Counted from the stretch's first letter, positions 49,383 through 58,989 are shown. The stretch is 64,000 nt of DNA from Bacillales bacterium (GCA_947459205.1 CANHCR010000002.1:8498-72497), one strand, 5' to 3'. The notes: generated by a model from the letters alone, not told the origin. Numbers and translations are program-made.

Positions 49383-50621
49383 ATGTCCGAACTCATCGCA
49401 AGATCAGAGTACATGCGCCAACTTATCGATCACAAAGACATCGATTTGGTCAAAATCGTAACCGGCATTCGTAGATGTGGAAAGTCTTCATTACTCGAAT
49501 TATTCCACACACATCTCATTTCTTCCGGCATACCCGAGAACTGCATTATTCATATGAACTTAGAGTCGCTGAAGTACAGAGATCTGACCGACTACCTCAT
49601 ATTTTATGATTTTGTCAGCACGCGAATTTCTCAAAGCGGAAAAACGTATTTGATTTTCGACGAGTTGCAGTCAGTACAAGGTTGGGAAAAAGCAATCGAG
49701 TCATTTCGGCTCGATTTTGATGTCGATATTTACATCACCGGCTCGAACGCATACTTGCTGTCCACTGAGTTTTCAACCTTACTCTCAGGTCGCTACATCG
49801 AAATTCGCGTGCTTCCCCTGTCATTTAAGGAATTTTTAACTTTCTATGATTTTGGCTCCGAGGTCACCGTGGAGGATCAATTTCAAAAGTACTTACAGTT
49901 TGGTGGTATGCCCGTGCTCCGCCAATATATGTTCAATGAAATTCGAAGCAATGAGGCTTTGGAGGCTATCTATGCAACGGTGGTTTTACGTGACATATTG
50001 CAAAGAAACAATACTTCCGATCAACACATTTTGAACAAAGTCGTTCGATTTCTCTGTTCAAATATCGGCAGTATCACATCCCCGAACAATATCGGCAACA
50101 TCCTTTCCAGAGAAGGAGATATTGAATCAGCAAAAAGTGGTAAAAGCCAAAATGTCGCTGGCAAGACGGTCAGCAAGTATATCTCGATGCTACACAACGC
50201 CTTCGTGTTCTATGCAATTGGTCGCTACGACGTTAAAGGTAAGCAATTGCTAAAAACATTAGAAAAAAACTACATTATCGATTTAGGGTTCCGCAACATG
50301 TTGCTCGGTTACCGCGATGCAGACCGCGGACACATTCTGGAAAACGTGGTGTTTCTTGAACTGCTTCGTCGCGATTTCAGAGTATACATCGGAAAAGTGG
50401 GCGAAACGGAAGTCGATTTTGTTTGTGAGAAACCGAATGACAAAATGTATATCCAAGTAACTGAGAGCATGTCAAACGAAGATGTACGACAACGTGAACT
50501 TCGCCCATTGCAACGAATTCAGGATAACTATGAGAAAATCATTTTGACGATGGACAAAAGCTACATTCGTTCTTATGACGGAATTAAAGTAATGAATATT
50601 ATGGAATGGTTACTTTCGTAA
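49383..50621 (+). CDS. AAA_14 + DUF4143 ATP-binding protein
   Basis: TGIRRCGKS, FDELQ, ITGSNA, LENVV, EVDF, YIQV. Confidence 0.9.
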   Translation: MSELIARSEYMRQLIDHKDIDLVKIVTGIRRCGKSSLLELFHTHLISSGIPENCIIHMNLESLKYRDLTDYLIFYDFVSTRISQSGKTYLIFDELQSVQGWEKAIESFRLDFDVDIYITGSNAYLLSTEFSTLLSGRYIEIRVLPLSFKEFLTFYDFGSEVTVEDQFQKYLQFGGMPVLRQYMFNEIRSNEALEAIYATVVLRDILQRNNTSDQHILNKVVRFLCSNIGSITSPNNIGNILSREGDIESAKSGKSQNVAGKTVSKYISMLHNAFVFYAIGRYDVKGKQLLKTLEKNYIIDLGFRNMLLGYRDADRGHILENVVFLELLRRDFRVYIGKVGETEVDFVCEKPNDKMYIQVTESMSNEDVRQRELRPLQRIQDNYEKIILTMDKSYIRSYDGIKVMNIMEWLLS

Positions 50622-50643
50622 AGAATCAAATACTTTTCAAAAT

Positions 50644-50680
50644 AAAAAAGCAACACATCATTGAATGTTGCTGCTTTTTA
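50644..50680. terminator. Probable bidirectional terminator between the ATPase and tRNA
   Basis: agcaaca/tgttgct stem flanked by A- and T-runs. Confidence 0.55.
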
Positions 50681-50683
50681 CTA

Positions 50684-50754
50684 TGGAGCCATGCGGAATC
50701 GAACCGCAGACTGGTCGCTGCCAGCGACCTGTTTTCCCCCTAAACTATGGCCCC
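50684..50754 (-). tRNA. tRNA-Ala(GGC), intact, with atypical short D-arm
   Basis: GGGGCCA/TGGCTCC-A acceptor with G3-U70; GGTCG-CTGGCAG-CGACC; TGCGG-TTCGATT-CCGCA. Confidence 0.9.
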
Positions 50755-50780
50755 TTGAACTATTCTGTTGCGAATTTACA

Positions 50781-51000
50781 CTCATTTTCGGGTAGTGCAA
50801 CCGACTTAGTCGTCCTCCCAAACTGAGCTAATCCCCCTCGGTATTTCCATTATGCACTTTTCAATCTTTTTGGGGCAGTGAAACCGACTTGCTCGCCTTC
50901 CCCTAAACTATGGCCCCTTGTATCTATTTTGTTACGCCTTGCAGCTCATTTCAGGGTAGTGCAACCGACTTAGTCGTCCTCCCAACTGAGCTATGGCCCC
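50781..51000 (-). repeat. Three tandem hybrids of a tRNA-Ala 5' fragment and a common foreign arm (attL-like scars)
   Basis: GGGGCCATAGCTCAGTTGGGAG, GGGGCCATAGTTTAGGGGAA and GGGGGATTAGCTCAGTTTGGGAG each joined to GACGACTAAGTCGGTTGCACTACCC or GGCGAGCAAGTCGGTTTCACTGCCC. Confidence 0.85.
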
Positions 51001-51021
51001 GTTTTTATGAACACGAAACGT

Positions 51022-51050
51022 ATTATACAATCTTCGAACGCTATTTACAA
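51022..51050 (-). promoter_or_regulatory. sigmaA-type promoter of the original tRNA-Ala gene
   Basis: TTGTAA-N17-TATAAT ending 21 bp before the first tRNA fragment. Confidence 0.75.
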
Positions 51051-51068
51051 GCCAATCACCAACAAAAC

Positions 51069-51551
51069 TCAGTCGTTTTTTCCGCGGGGCATGCCCGGCG
51101 TTTTGCGCAAAAGTCCGTTCAGTTCATCAATGAATACGTTGATGTCTTTGAATTGGCGATAAACCGATGCGAAGCGCACGTAGCTGACTTCATCTACTTC
51201 GAATAGTTGTTTCATCACAAGTTCGCCGATTTTGGTGCTCTCGACTTCGGAGCGAGCCTCGGAGCGCAAGTCGTTTTCGACGCGTGTGACGACGGCCTCT
51301 AATTGCTCGGCTGTGACTTGGCGTTTTTCGCATGCTCGAAGCAAGCCACGCAGCACTTTGTCGCGGCTGAATTCTTCGCGGCTGCCATCTTTTTTGATGA
51401 CCATGAGCGGAATTTCTTCGACCATTTCGAATGTGGTGAAACGACGTCCGCAGTTTTCGCATTCACGGCGCCGGCGGATGGAACGGTTTTCGTTGGCTGA
51501 GCGGGAGTCGAGTACTTTCGTATGGATATGATTGCAGTATGGACACATCAT
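51069..51551 (-). CDS. nrdR: Transcriptional repressor NrdR
   Basis: CPYC..KVLDSR..IRRRREC..C..RFTTFE, ATP cone, YVRFASVY. Confidence 0.97.
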   Translation of the reverse strand: MMCPYCNHIHTKVLDSRSANENRSIRRRRECENCGRRFTTFEMVEEIPLMVIKKDGSREEFSRDKVLRGLLRACEKRQVTAEQLEAVVTRVENDLRSEARSEVESTKIGELVMKQLFEVDEVSYVRFASVYRQFKDINVFIDELNGLLRKTPGMPRGKND

Positions 51552-51654
51552 GATTGATCACGACCTTTAGTCAATATCATCCTACATTTACCATAAATAT
51601 TTTGTGAAACGCTTTCGCATACTACTGTCACCAAAGTCAAAGGAGGTGAATCAG

Positions 51655-51882
51655 ATGGCACAAGGAAGTTCCCGTTCCAGCAACACTCCGATCGTCCCTC
51701 AAGCAATGGCGGCATTGGATCAGTTGAAGTACGAGGTCGCTCAAGAGTTGGGCATTCAATTGCCTCACGACGGCTACTATGGTCATATGGCAACTCGCGA
51801 CACAGGTACGATTGGTGGTAACATCACTCGCAAACTGGTACAAATCGCTGAGCAACAATTGGCTGGTCAATTCAGACACTAA
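51655..51882 (+). CDS. Alpha/beta-type small acid-soluble spore protein
   Basis: VPQA..ALDQLKYEVAQELG..G.IGG.IT.KLVQIAEQQL; RBS AGGAGG. Confidence 0.95.
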   Translation: MAQGSSRSSNTPIVPQAMAALDQLKYEVAQELGIQLPHDGYYGHMATRDTGTIGGNITRKLVQIAEQQLAGQFRH

Positions 51883-51902
51883 TTGTCTCGACAGATGCGT
51901 AG

Positions 51903-51940
51903 GTCCGGATTGCCCGCCGATGCGGGTAGTCCGGATTTTT
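51903..51940 (+). terminator. Intrinsic terminator after the SASP gene
   Basis: tccggattgcccgc/gcgggtagtccgga plus T-run. Confidence 0.8.
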
Positions 51941-52524
51941 TAATCGCTCAAACTTAGCCCCGTACCATAAAGCGTTTCGTATTTCGTATAAAATTTTTGC
52001 ACACGATTCATGTAATGTCTCGTTTCACCAAACGGAATGTCAAGGCTCGTATCGAACCGACCGTCCCACACACCTTCGTTTTGCCATTTGCGCACATTGG
52101 TTGGACCCGCGTTATAAGCGGCAATCATCATCGCGTCATTGCCAGCGAATTGCTTGTGCAATGAATCGATATACCATGTTCCGATGGCAATGTTCGTTTC
52201 GACATCATGCAATTGCGCGGCTGTTGGCGGAACAATACCCATCTTATCAGCTGCCCAATTTGCCGTTTCTGGCATCAACTGCATCAGCCCAATCGCTCCT
52301 TTATCTGACACCAAGTGCGGTTTGTAATTGCTTTCGGAACGAATGATGGCTGCCACTAATAAAGGGTTTAAGTCGTATTTCGATGCGTAACGTTCAATTT
52401 CCTGCTTATATTGGATTGGATATATCCAGCGTTCGATGGCCGTCAAGTTTATGAAAATAACGGCACCAACCACGAGGATTAGCAAGAGCAGAAAAAACAG
52501 TCCTCTTTTAGTTTTTCGTTTCAT
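51940..52524 (-). CDS. Lytic transglycosylase (SLT domain)
   Basis: IRSES, GAIGLMQLMP, AAYNAG, ETRHY. Confidence 0.92.
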   Translation of the reverse strand: MKRKTKRGLFFLLLLILVVGAVIFINLTAIERWIYPIQYKQEIERYASKYDLNPLLVAAIIRSESNYKPHLVSDKGAIGLMQLMPETANWAADKMGIVPPTAAQLHDVETNIAIGTWYIDSLHKQFAGNDAMMIAAYNAGPTNVRKWQNEGVWDGRFDTSLDIPFGETRHYMNRVQKFYTKYETLYGTGLSLSD

Positions 52525-53128
52525 GGAGACCTCTGCTCCTCCAATATCGGTCAATTTGAGACTCTGTGTCAGCAAGTTCGCCACTGTTATCAATAATGAA
52601 AGATGCCAGTGCACGTTTTTCTTCGATGGGCATTTGAGCTGCGAGTCGACGTTCGGCCAATTCTAAGGTAATGCCATCTCGTTCCATCAATCGCTGCAAT
52701 TGCAACTCACGTGATACATAAACAAGCAGTATCTCGTCAAACATATAATCATATTTTGATTCAAAAAGCAACGGAATATCGGCAACGACGAGTTTTTGCG
52801 GATTAGACTCAGATAGTAAACGAATCTGCTCAATGATGCGAGCCCGAATCGGCGGATGAATCATGGCATCAAGCGTTTGTTTCGCATTCGGGTTGGCGAA
52901 TACGAGTTCGCCTAATGATTTCCGGGCTAATGTACCATCGGGATTCAAAACGTTCAATCCATAAGCCTGCATAAAGTGTTCGGCGATTTGCTTAAGCACC
53001 TCACTGCCCGACTGCACCACATCGCGCGCGATGAGATCAGCGTCCACAAGCAATGCACCGCGCTCGACCAACATCGCTGCAACCGTCGATTTACCTGTTG
53101 CAATGCCGCCGGTTAACCCGATAATCAT
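52508..53128 (-). CDS. coaE: Dephospho-CoA kinase
   Basis: IGLTGGIATGKS, DAD, IHP, DIPLLFE. Confidence 0.95.
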   Translation of the reverse strand: MIIGLTGGIATGKSTVAAMLVERGALLVDADLIARDVVQSGSEVLKQIAEHFMQAYGLNVLNPDGTLARKSLGELVFANPNAKQTLDAMIHPPIRARIIEQIRLLSESNPQKLVVADIPLLFESKYDYMFDEILLVYVSRELQLQRLMERDGITLELAERRLAAQMPIEEKRALASFIIDNSGELADTESQIDRYWRSRGLHETKN

Positions 53129-53970
53129 TATTTGCCACCTGCCTTCTTTTTTTGGCACTTCGGGCAAAAGTGAGTGCCTCGACCGCCAAGCACCATTTTG
53201 CGAATCGGTGTCGCACAGCGTTCGCACGGTTGATTTTGTCGCCCGTATGCACGCAGTTGTTGCTGAAACATCCCCATCTCACCTTGTCCATTCACGTACG
53301 ATTTCACTGATGATCCGCCAGCATCTACAGCAGCTTGCAATGTCGTAACAACTGCTTCGTGCAGACGTTTCCATTCTGTATTTTTTAACGATTGCGGCGA
53401 CCGCTCAGGGTGAATGACTGCGGAGTGCAACGCTTCATCCACGTAAATATTGCCGAGTCCAACGACATACTTTTGGTTCAACAACAACGGTTTGATCGGC
53501 GCGGAACGATGTTCTAGGGCGCTTTTTAGGAACTTCACAGTAAATTCGTCTGAAAGTGGTTCCACACCAAGTCCAGCAAGCGGTGCAACATGAAACTCTT
53601 GCCCAAGCGGAAACACATGCATCGTTCCGAACTGGCGGACGTCTTTATAGCGAAGTTCCGTGCCATCATCGAAATGAAACACCACATGCGTATGCTTTTC
53701 TAAAGGTTCGGACGCATCGAACTTGCCATAACGCCCTTCCATCCGAAGATGAGATATGAGCGCCACATCATCTAGCACGAACCGCAAAAATTTGGCGCGC
53801 CGTGTCACTTCACGAATCGTTTGACCAGAAAGTTCAACAGCAAACCGATCAATATCGGAAGGATGCTGAATAATGCGCGGCAAATGAACAGACACGCGTT
53901 GGATCCGCTTGCCCGCCACCAATTCATTCAGTGTCTGTTTGACCGTCTCAACTTCCGGCAACTCCGGCAT
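53128..53970 (-). CDS. mutM: Formamidopyrimidine-DNA glycosylase
   Basis: MPELPEVE, HLRMEG, GLGNIYVDE, C-terminal Zn finger. Confidence 0.97.
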   Translation of the reverse strand: MPELPEVETVKQTLNELVAGKRIQRVSVHLPRIIQHPSDIDRFAVELSGQTIREVTRRAKFLRFVLDDVALISHLRMEGRYGKFDASEPLEKHTHVVFHFDDGTELRYKDVRQFGTMHVFPLGQEFHVAPLAGLGVEPLSDEFTVKFLKSALEHRSAPIKPLLLNQKYVVGLGNIYVDEALHSAVIHPERSPQSLKNTEWKRLHEAVVTTLQAAVDAGGSSVKSYVNGQGEMGMFQQQLRAYGRQNQPCERCATPIRKMVLGGRGTHFCPKCQKKKAGGK

Positions 53971-53985
53971 ATCTTTCACTCCGCT

Positions 53986-56652
53986 TCATTTTGCTTCGTA
54001 CCAGTTTGCGCCCACATTTAAATCTGCTTTCAGCGGCACAGATAAGGCAACCGCATGTTCCATTACCTGAGGGACAAGCACGCTCATCATTTCGATTTCA
54101 TCTGCGGGCACTTCGAATACCAACTCGTCATGAACTTGTAACAACATCCTGCTCCGCAGTCCTTGTTGCGCCATCCGTTGCGCGAGTTGAATCATCGCCA
54201 ATTTAATAATATCTGCCGCCGTTCCTTGAATCGGTGTATTCATCGCTGTCCGTTCGGCGAAAGAGCGCGTGTTAAAATTCGAGGAGCGTATATCAGGCAG
54301 GTAGCGCCGACGTTGCAACAATGTCGTCACATAACCATCCTGCTTCGCTTGTTTCACAATCTCTTCCATATACCGTTTCACACCAGCAAACACCGCAAAG
54401 TATTGCTCGATAAAATGGGCTGCTTCCTTGCGAGTAATGCCTAGATTTTGCGACAATCCGTAGTCGCTGATGCCATACACGATTCCGAAGTTGACGGCTT
54501 TCGCTTGACGGCGCATGTTAGCATCGACTTGGTCGGCTGCAACTCCAAATACGTCCATCGCTGTTTTTGTGTGAATGTCCATATTGTTTTGAAACGCTTC
54601 AATCAGTCGTTCGTCTGCGGAAATATGGGCAAGCACACGCAACTCAATTTGCGAATAGTCTGCCGCTAAAATCGACCAACCCGTTTCTGAAGGCACAAAC
54701 ACTTTGCGAATCAAACGTCCCTCTTCGAGACGAATCGGGATATTTTGCAAATTCGGATATTGGCTGCTCAAACGACCCGTAGCTGTTGTCGTCTGATTGA
54801 AATACGTATGCACTTTGCTCGTTTTAGGATGGACTTCTTTCAAAAGTCCCTCTACGTAAGTCGAATTCAATTTCGTTAGTTGTCGGTAATGCAAAATATC
54901 TCGCACGATTTGCGAATGAAAAGCAAGTCGTTCCAACTCTTCAGCATCCGTTGAATATCCGCTTTTCGTCTTCTTACCAGGCGGCAACGCCATTTTTTCG
55001 AACAAAACGTCAGCCAATTGTTTCGTGGAGTTGATATTAAATTCCATCTCTGCCTGTTCATAAATACGTTGAACGAGTTGCTCGATTTGTACGGTCAAAT
55101 GCTGACCGTACGTTCGCAGTTGTTCAGCATCAAGCGCAACCCCGCGCAGTTCAAGTTCTGCAAGCAAAGAAGCAAGCGGCAGTTCCATATCGTTCATCAA
55201 CCGAGTCATGTCGGCCTCTGCTAAAGCATCCTCAAGTAATCGGCGAAGTTGCGCAATCGCATGCGCTTTTCGCACTGCGTGTTCTGCCAACAGTTCCATA
55301 GCAGGAACCGAAAATTTGACGCCTTTGCCGTACACTTCTTCATCTGTTTGAAGTTTGTCAGTCCGATATTGCACCGCTAGTTCATCCAAGGATTGTCTGG
55401 ATTCACTTGGATTCAGCAAATACGCAGCCAGCGAAATATCAAAAACAACGCCTTCCAGCGAAATACCAAGCCAACCGAGCACAACTGCTGTCCGGTTTAA
55501 ATCAAATAAAACTTTTGGTTTCGCACAATCTCGAAGCCACGCATGCAGTAATTGCGCTAACTCCAAGTGCTCGATACGATTCATTGATTCAAACGGTACG
55601 AAAAACAATTGGTCGCTTGCTGCAAACGCAAAACCTAAACATTCGGCTTGGTGCGGATGGTCGCCAACACTTTCTATATGTATTGCTTCGGTTGACGGAA
55701 GCGCATCAAATAGCAACTGCCAATTACCGGCGGAGTCGACCAACGTCCACTGCAAAGGAACAAGTTCGTCTGATGAACCAAGCGAAACAGAATCGATGTT
55801 AGCAACTTTATCAATTAACGATTTGAACTCCAAACGCTTGAACATTTCAACGGTCGTCTCTTGATGCAAACCGTCAAAACGCAAGTCATCTAACGTCAAT
55901 TCGAGCGGCATGGCGCGCTCAATCGTCGCAAGCTGTTTGCTGATCCGCGCATCTTCCGCATGCTGTTCGATTTTTTCTTTCATCTTTCCTTTTAGCTGAT
56001 CAGTAGCAGACAACACACCTTCCACTGTCGCGAAATCATGCAACAATTTGAGTGCCGTTTTCTCACCAACTCCAGGAACGCCCGGAATATTATCGGAAGC
56101 ATCGCCCATCAAACCTTTCAGATCAGGGATTTGAGCAGGCGTCAAACCGTACACTTCTTGCAGACGCGCAGGATTATATAAATCAACCTCGCTGATTCCT
56201 TTGCGAGTCAGCGCCATCGTCACTCGCTGCGAAACGATTTGCAGCAAATCTTTATCGCCACTAACAACAACCGATTCAATCCCTTGTTCTTCTGCAAGTT
56301 TGCTGAAACTGCCGATAATGTCGTCCGCCTCATATTGCAAGGACTCCAATCGACAAATCCCGAACGCATCGATCATCTCTTTCAATAACGGAAACTGTTC
56401 GGATAATTCAGGCGGTGTTTTGCTTCGCCCTCCTTTATAATCCGCGTACCGCTGATGACGAAACGTCTGCTTGCCCGCATCAAACGCAATCAACAAATGC
56501 GTCGGCCGATGCTCTTCTAGCATGCGCAGTAGCATCGTCGTAAAGCCAAAAACCGCATTCGTATGTATCCCTTGCTTGTTGCTTAAAAGCGGCAACGCAT
56601 AGAATGCTCGAAAGGCGATGCTGTTTCCATCAATCAGGAGTAGTTTCTCCAT
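53986..56652 (-). CDS. polA: DNA polymerase I
   Basis: LIDGNS..RAFYALP, EADD, TGRLSS..PNLQNIP, DYSQIELR, QVHDE. Confidence 0.98.
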   Translation of the reverse strand: MEKLLLIDGNSIAFRAFYALPLLSNKQGIHTNAVFGFTTMLLRMLEEHRPTHLLIAFDAGKQTFRHQRYADYKGGRSKTPPELSEQFPLLKEMIDAFGICRLESLQYEADDIIGSFSKLAEEQGIESVVVSGDKDLLQIVSQRVTMALTRKGISEVDLYNPARLQEVYGLTPAQIPDLKGLMGDASDNIPGVPGVGEKTALKLLHDFATVEGVLSATDQLKGKMKEKIEQHAEDARISKQLATIERAMPLELTLDDLRFDGLHQETTVEMFKRLEFKSLIDKVANIDSVSLGSSDELVPLQWTLVDSAGNWQLLFDALPSTEAIHIESVGDHPHQAECLGFAFAASDQLFFVPFESMNRIEHLELAQLLHAWLRDCAKPKVLFDLNRTAVVLGWLGISLEGVVFDISLAAYLLNPSESRQSLDELAVQYRTDKLQTDEEVYGKGVKFSVPAMELLAEHAVRKAHAIAQLRRLLEDALAEADMTRLMNDMELPLASLLAELELRGVALDAEQLRTYGQHLTVQIEQLVQRIYEQAEMEFNINSTKQLADVLFEKMALPPGKKTKSGYSTDAEELERLAFHSQIVRDILHYRQLTKLNSTYVEGLLKEVHPKTSKVHTYFNQTTTATGRLSSQYPNLQNIPIRLEEGRLIRKVFVPSETGWSILAADYSQIELRVLAHISADERLIEAFQNNMDIHTKTAMDVFGVAADQVDANMRRQAKAVNFGIVYGISDYGLSQNLGITRKEAAHFIEQYFAVFAGVKRYMEEIVKQAKQDGYVTTLLQRRRYLPDIRSSNFNTRSFAERTAMNTPIQGTAADIIKLAMIQLAQRMAQQGLRSRMLLQVHDELVFEVPADEIEMMSVLVPQVMEHAVALSVPLKADLNVGANWYEAK

Positions 56653-56660
56653 GAGGCACC

Positions 56661-57611
56661 TCATTTGTCTTTGTTCATTTTTGCCATAAAGGTTTGAACC
56701 GTCGCCATATTGATCGAATATGCCCACTGATCGCCTTTTTCCAAAATCCACACTTCATCAGCGCCGATCATTCCGATATACTCGCGCTCGATTTGGCGCC
56801 CCTCCAATGATTCGGTCAGCGTCAAACGAAAATCAGGAACGCTCGTATCCATCTCACTGACTGACTTCGTCGCCACCGTCGTCGTCCATGACAACAATTC
56901 AGTCAACACTGCTTTCGCTTCACTATACTTATAATCCTTCTTGCCATGCAACTTCCACTTTTTTTCTTCTTCCGTCGCTCCGTCAGCCGTCATTTGCAGG
57001 TCAAACGACAACTCTTGCCACGAGGCTTGAATCCGGCGCGTACCATCATAATTGACGACAATCGGATTTTTTTCAATGAAATCAACCTCGCCTTTATTGA
57101 GCGCGTCGATATCGGCAGCACTGACTTTGTAAACTGCCTTCGAATCATTGACTTTTACATAATTCGAACCGCCCGTCGGCAATTCGTCACCGACTTCGAC
57201 GACAATCGTATCCTTGCCTTTGCGCTTCACTTCAAAACGTTCAGCCGGATTATCCAATCCAAAATCACCAAGATTCGCTGGTTTTTCGTCAATGACCTCG
57301 CTATAAACCATCAGCATCAACGAGTTGATCCAACCATCAATGTTACTGCTGTTTATACGCAAGTCAGGTTTAGCTTGCAAATTCCATTTACCGTCAGCGT
57401 ACGACAATTTAACATCATTTTCGGCGGATTGAATCGAAATACTCTCGATATTTTCATTGGTCAAAGCCACCAACTCATTGACACCTTTTTCTTCCTCTTC
57501 CGATTCAACAAAAAAATCATTCGCGGCCGCATACCATATGCCACCTGCACAAACCAGCACTAGCAACAACGTCGGTAGCCATTGCTTCACGCTTTTCTCC
57601 TCCTCCACCAA
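56661..57611 (-). CDS. DUF4340 domain protein
   Basis: N-terminal TM, L.DFGLDNP, VG.ELP.G..YV; follows the GldG-like gene. Confidence 0.75.
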   Translation of the reverse strand: MVEEEKSVKQWLPTLLLVLVCAGGIWYAAANDFFVESEEEEKGVNELVALTNENIESISIQSAENDVKLSYADGKWNLQAKPDLRINSSNIDGWINSLMLMVYSEVIDEKPANLGDFGLDNPAERFEVKRKGKDTIVVEVGDELPTGGSNYVKVNDSKAVYKVSAADIDALNKGEVDFIEKNPIVVNYDGTRRIQASWQELSFDLQMTADGATEEEKKWKLHGKKDYKYSEAKAVLTELLSWTTTVATKSVSEMDTSVPDFRLTLTESLEGRQIEREYIGMIGADEVWILEKGDQWAYSINMATVQTFMAKMNKDK

Positions 57612-58978
57612 ATCAGTGCTGCAGTCATCAATAATAGTAGTGGGATGCCAATCACCGTGCCATAGAAAATGAGTTGCGCTTGACCAGGTGTAATCACTGC
57701 CTGCTGTACAGACTCCAAGCGTGGTCGAATCGTCAATGCATTTTCATTTTCGGCGATCCAGCCAATGCTGTTCAAGGCAAAATCACGATTCCCTTGCTGA
57801 CCAAAGAAATCATCACTCAAGAAAAGCGAGTTGCCGACAACAATTGCTTTCGGTTTTCCGTCCTTCGATTCGACGGCATACGCGACTTCGAGCGGACCTT
57901 TAATATCAGCATCGGAGCGTTCAATATCCGTCATGGTAATATTCGAGCGTTGAAAAATCGTCAAATCCGTCTTCCCGTATGCGGAATCACTCGTTTTTAA
58001 TATCGGTCGAGCGACCGGGTCTTGCGTCGTTTCATCGGTAGCGAGCGCCAAAACACCAGGCATGACGGTCGCAAAGTCACTCTCCAGTAACTTATCAGTA
58101 ATCGGGTGCTCCACATAATAAGGTAATATCGCAAGAGGATCATTCGTCATACTTTGCTGCAATTCCATAACTACTGCTTTTTGTTTGCGCACGCCGAGCG
58201 ATTTCAAGAGCTTATCCCAGTTTTTCCAAGTATCGAGTTGGTCGGAAAACCCGAGCCCCACAAACAATTTGCCATCAGCCTTTGCATAATCGCTAACTGC
58301 TTTCAGCTCAGCATCGGTCAAATCCGTTATCGGACCAACAAATAACAAAGCATCTGCATCTGTTGGAACTTTACCCTCACGAACCAAATTGATGTCCTTC
58401 AAAGAATAACCTTCGTTACTCAATTCATCGCGGAACTGTTTCATCGCATCCGCCGGCATTTCTTGGTGACCAGCCACAAAATAAAGCGTGCTTTTGTTAT
58501 CATTCGTCAAATTAATAATTGCTTGAGTAAACTTCTGCTCACCGCGAAACTCATAGGACATTTGATCAGGACCTGGCGCAATAATTTCATCGCTCTCCAC
58601 ACGTTCCTGCTTTTCACCCACCTCAAAAATTACCGTACCATTACGACTCACTTGATAGCGGGAAGCAACCGTCGGTTTTTTGTCCGGATTAATGATTTCG
58701 AGTTCGACGAAATCCGAGCGCCGATCATACTCTTGCAGTACACCTTTCACTTCCGCAGTAATGTTATCACTGCCAGAAGCAAATAGCGTAATCTTTATCT
58801 CGGTTTTCAAATTTTTCAACGTATCCGTTGTCTGCTTCGCTAAGGTGAACTGTTTATTCTTCGTCCAATCGAACTTCAAGTGATCGACAGAACCGAGGAA
58901 CAATGTCAGGACAATAAAGATCCCAATGACCGCAAGCGACAATATTATTGTATTCGTACCTTGCCAACCTTTTTTCAC
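57587..58978 (-). CDS. GldG-family ABC transporter auxiliary component
   Basis: D.TKNKQFTL..QT, GEQKFTQAI, YF.AGHQE, GNRDF.LNSI.W. Confidence 0.85.
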   Translation of the reverse strand: MKKGWQGTNTIILSLAVIGIFIVLTLFLGSVDHLKFDWTKNKQFTLAKQTTDTLKNLKTEIKITLFASGSDNITAEVKGVLQEYDRRSDFVELEIINPDKKPTVASRYQVSRNGTVIFEVGEKQERVESDEIIAPGPDQMSYEFRGEQKFTQAIINLTNDNKSTLYFVAGHQEMPADAMKQFRDELSNEGYSLKDINLVREGKVPTDADALLFVGPITDLTDAELKAVSDYAKADGKLFVGLGFSDQLDTWKNWDKLLKSLGVRKQKAVVMELQQSMTNDPLAILPYYVEHPITDKLLESDFATVMPGVLALATDETTQDPVARPILKTSDSAYGKTDLTIFQRSNITMTDIERSDADIKGPLEVAYAVESKDGKPKAIVVGNSLFLSDDFFGQQGNRDFALNSIGWIAENENALTIRPRLESVQQAVITPGQAQLIFYGTVIGIPLLLLMTAALIWWRRRKA

Positions 58979-58989
58979 TTGACAGCCTC

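Larger units (their letters stand above)
1..51000. mobile_element. Composite genomic island integrated at tRNA-Ala(GGC); left end outside the window
   Basis: Core genes stop at nrdR. Split tRNA-Ala fragments at 50815-51000, serine recombinases, RM/TA cargo, visibly lower GC, recurrent att-like repeats. Confidence 0.85.

Noticed and set aside
50781-51000. Mini CRISPR array (three repeats at ~80-bp period)
   Set aside because: Repeats are unequal, the intervening sequences contain tRNA 5' fragments, and no cas genes are present
1-51000. Prophage or conjugative element
   Set aside because: No capsid, terminase, tail, relaxase or T4SS genes recognised; the HerA-like ATPase alone is insufficient
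56652-56751. N-terminal extensions on polA (similarly coaE, SLT, SASP)
   Set aside because: Longest-ORF artefacts; family-typical starts lie downstream
56946-57563. 205-aa antisense ORF and the many other nested or antisense ORFs in the track
   Set aside because: Shadow frames of well-supported genes with no motifs
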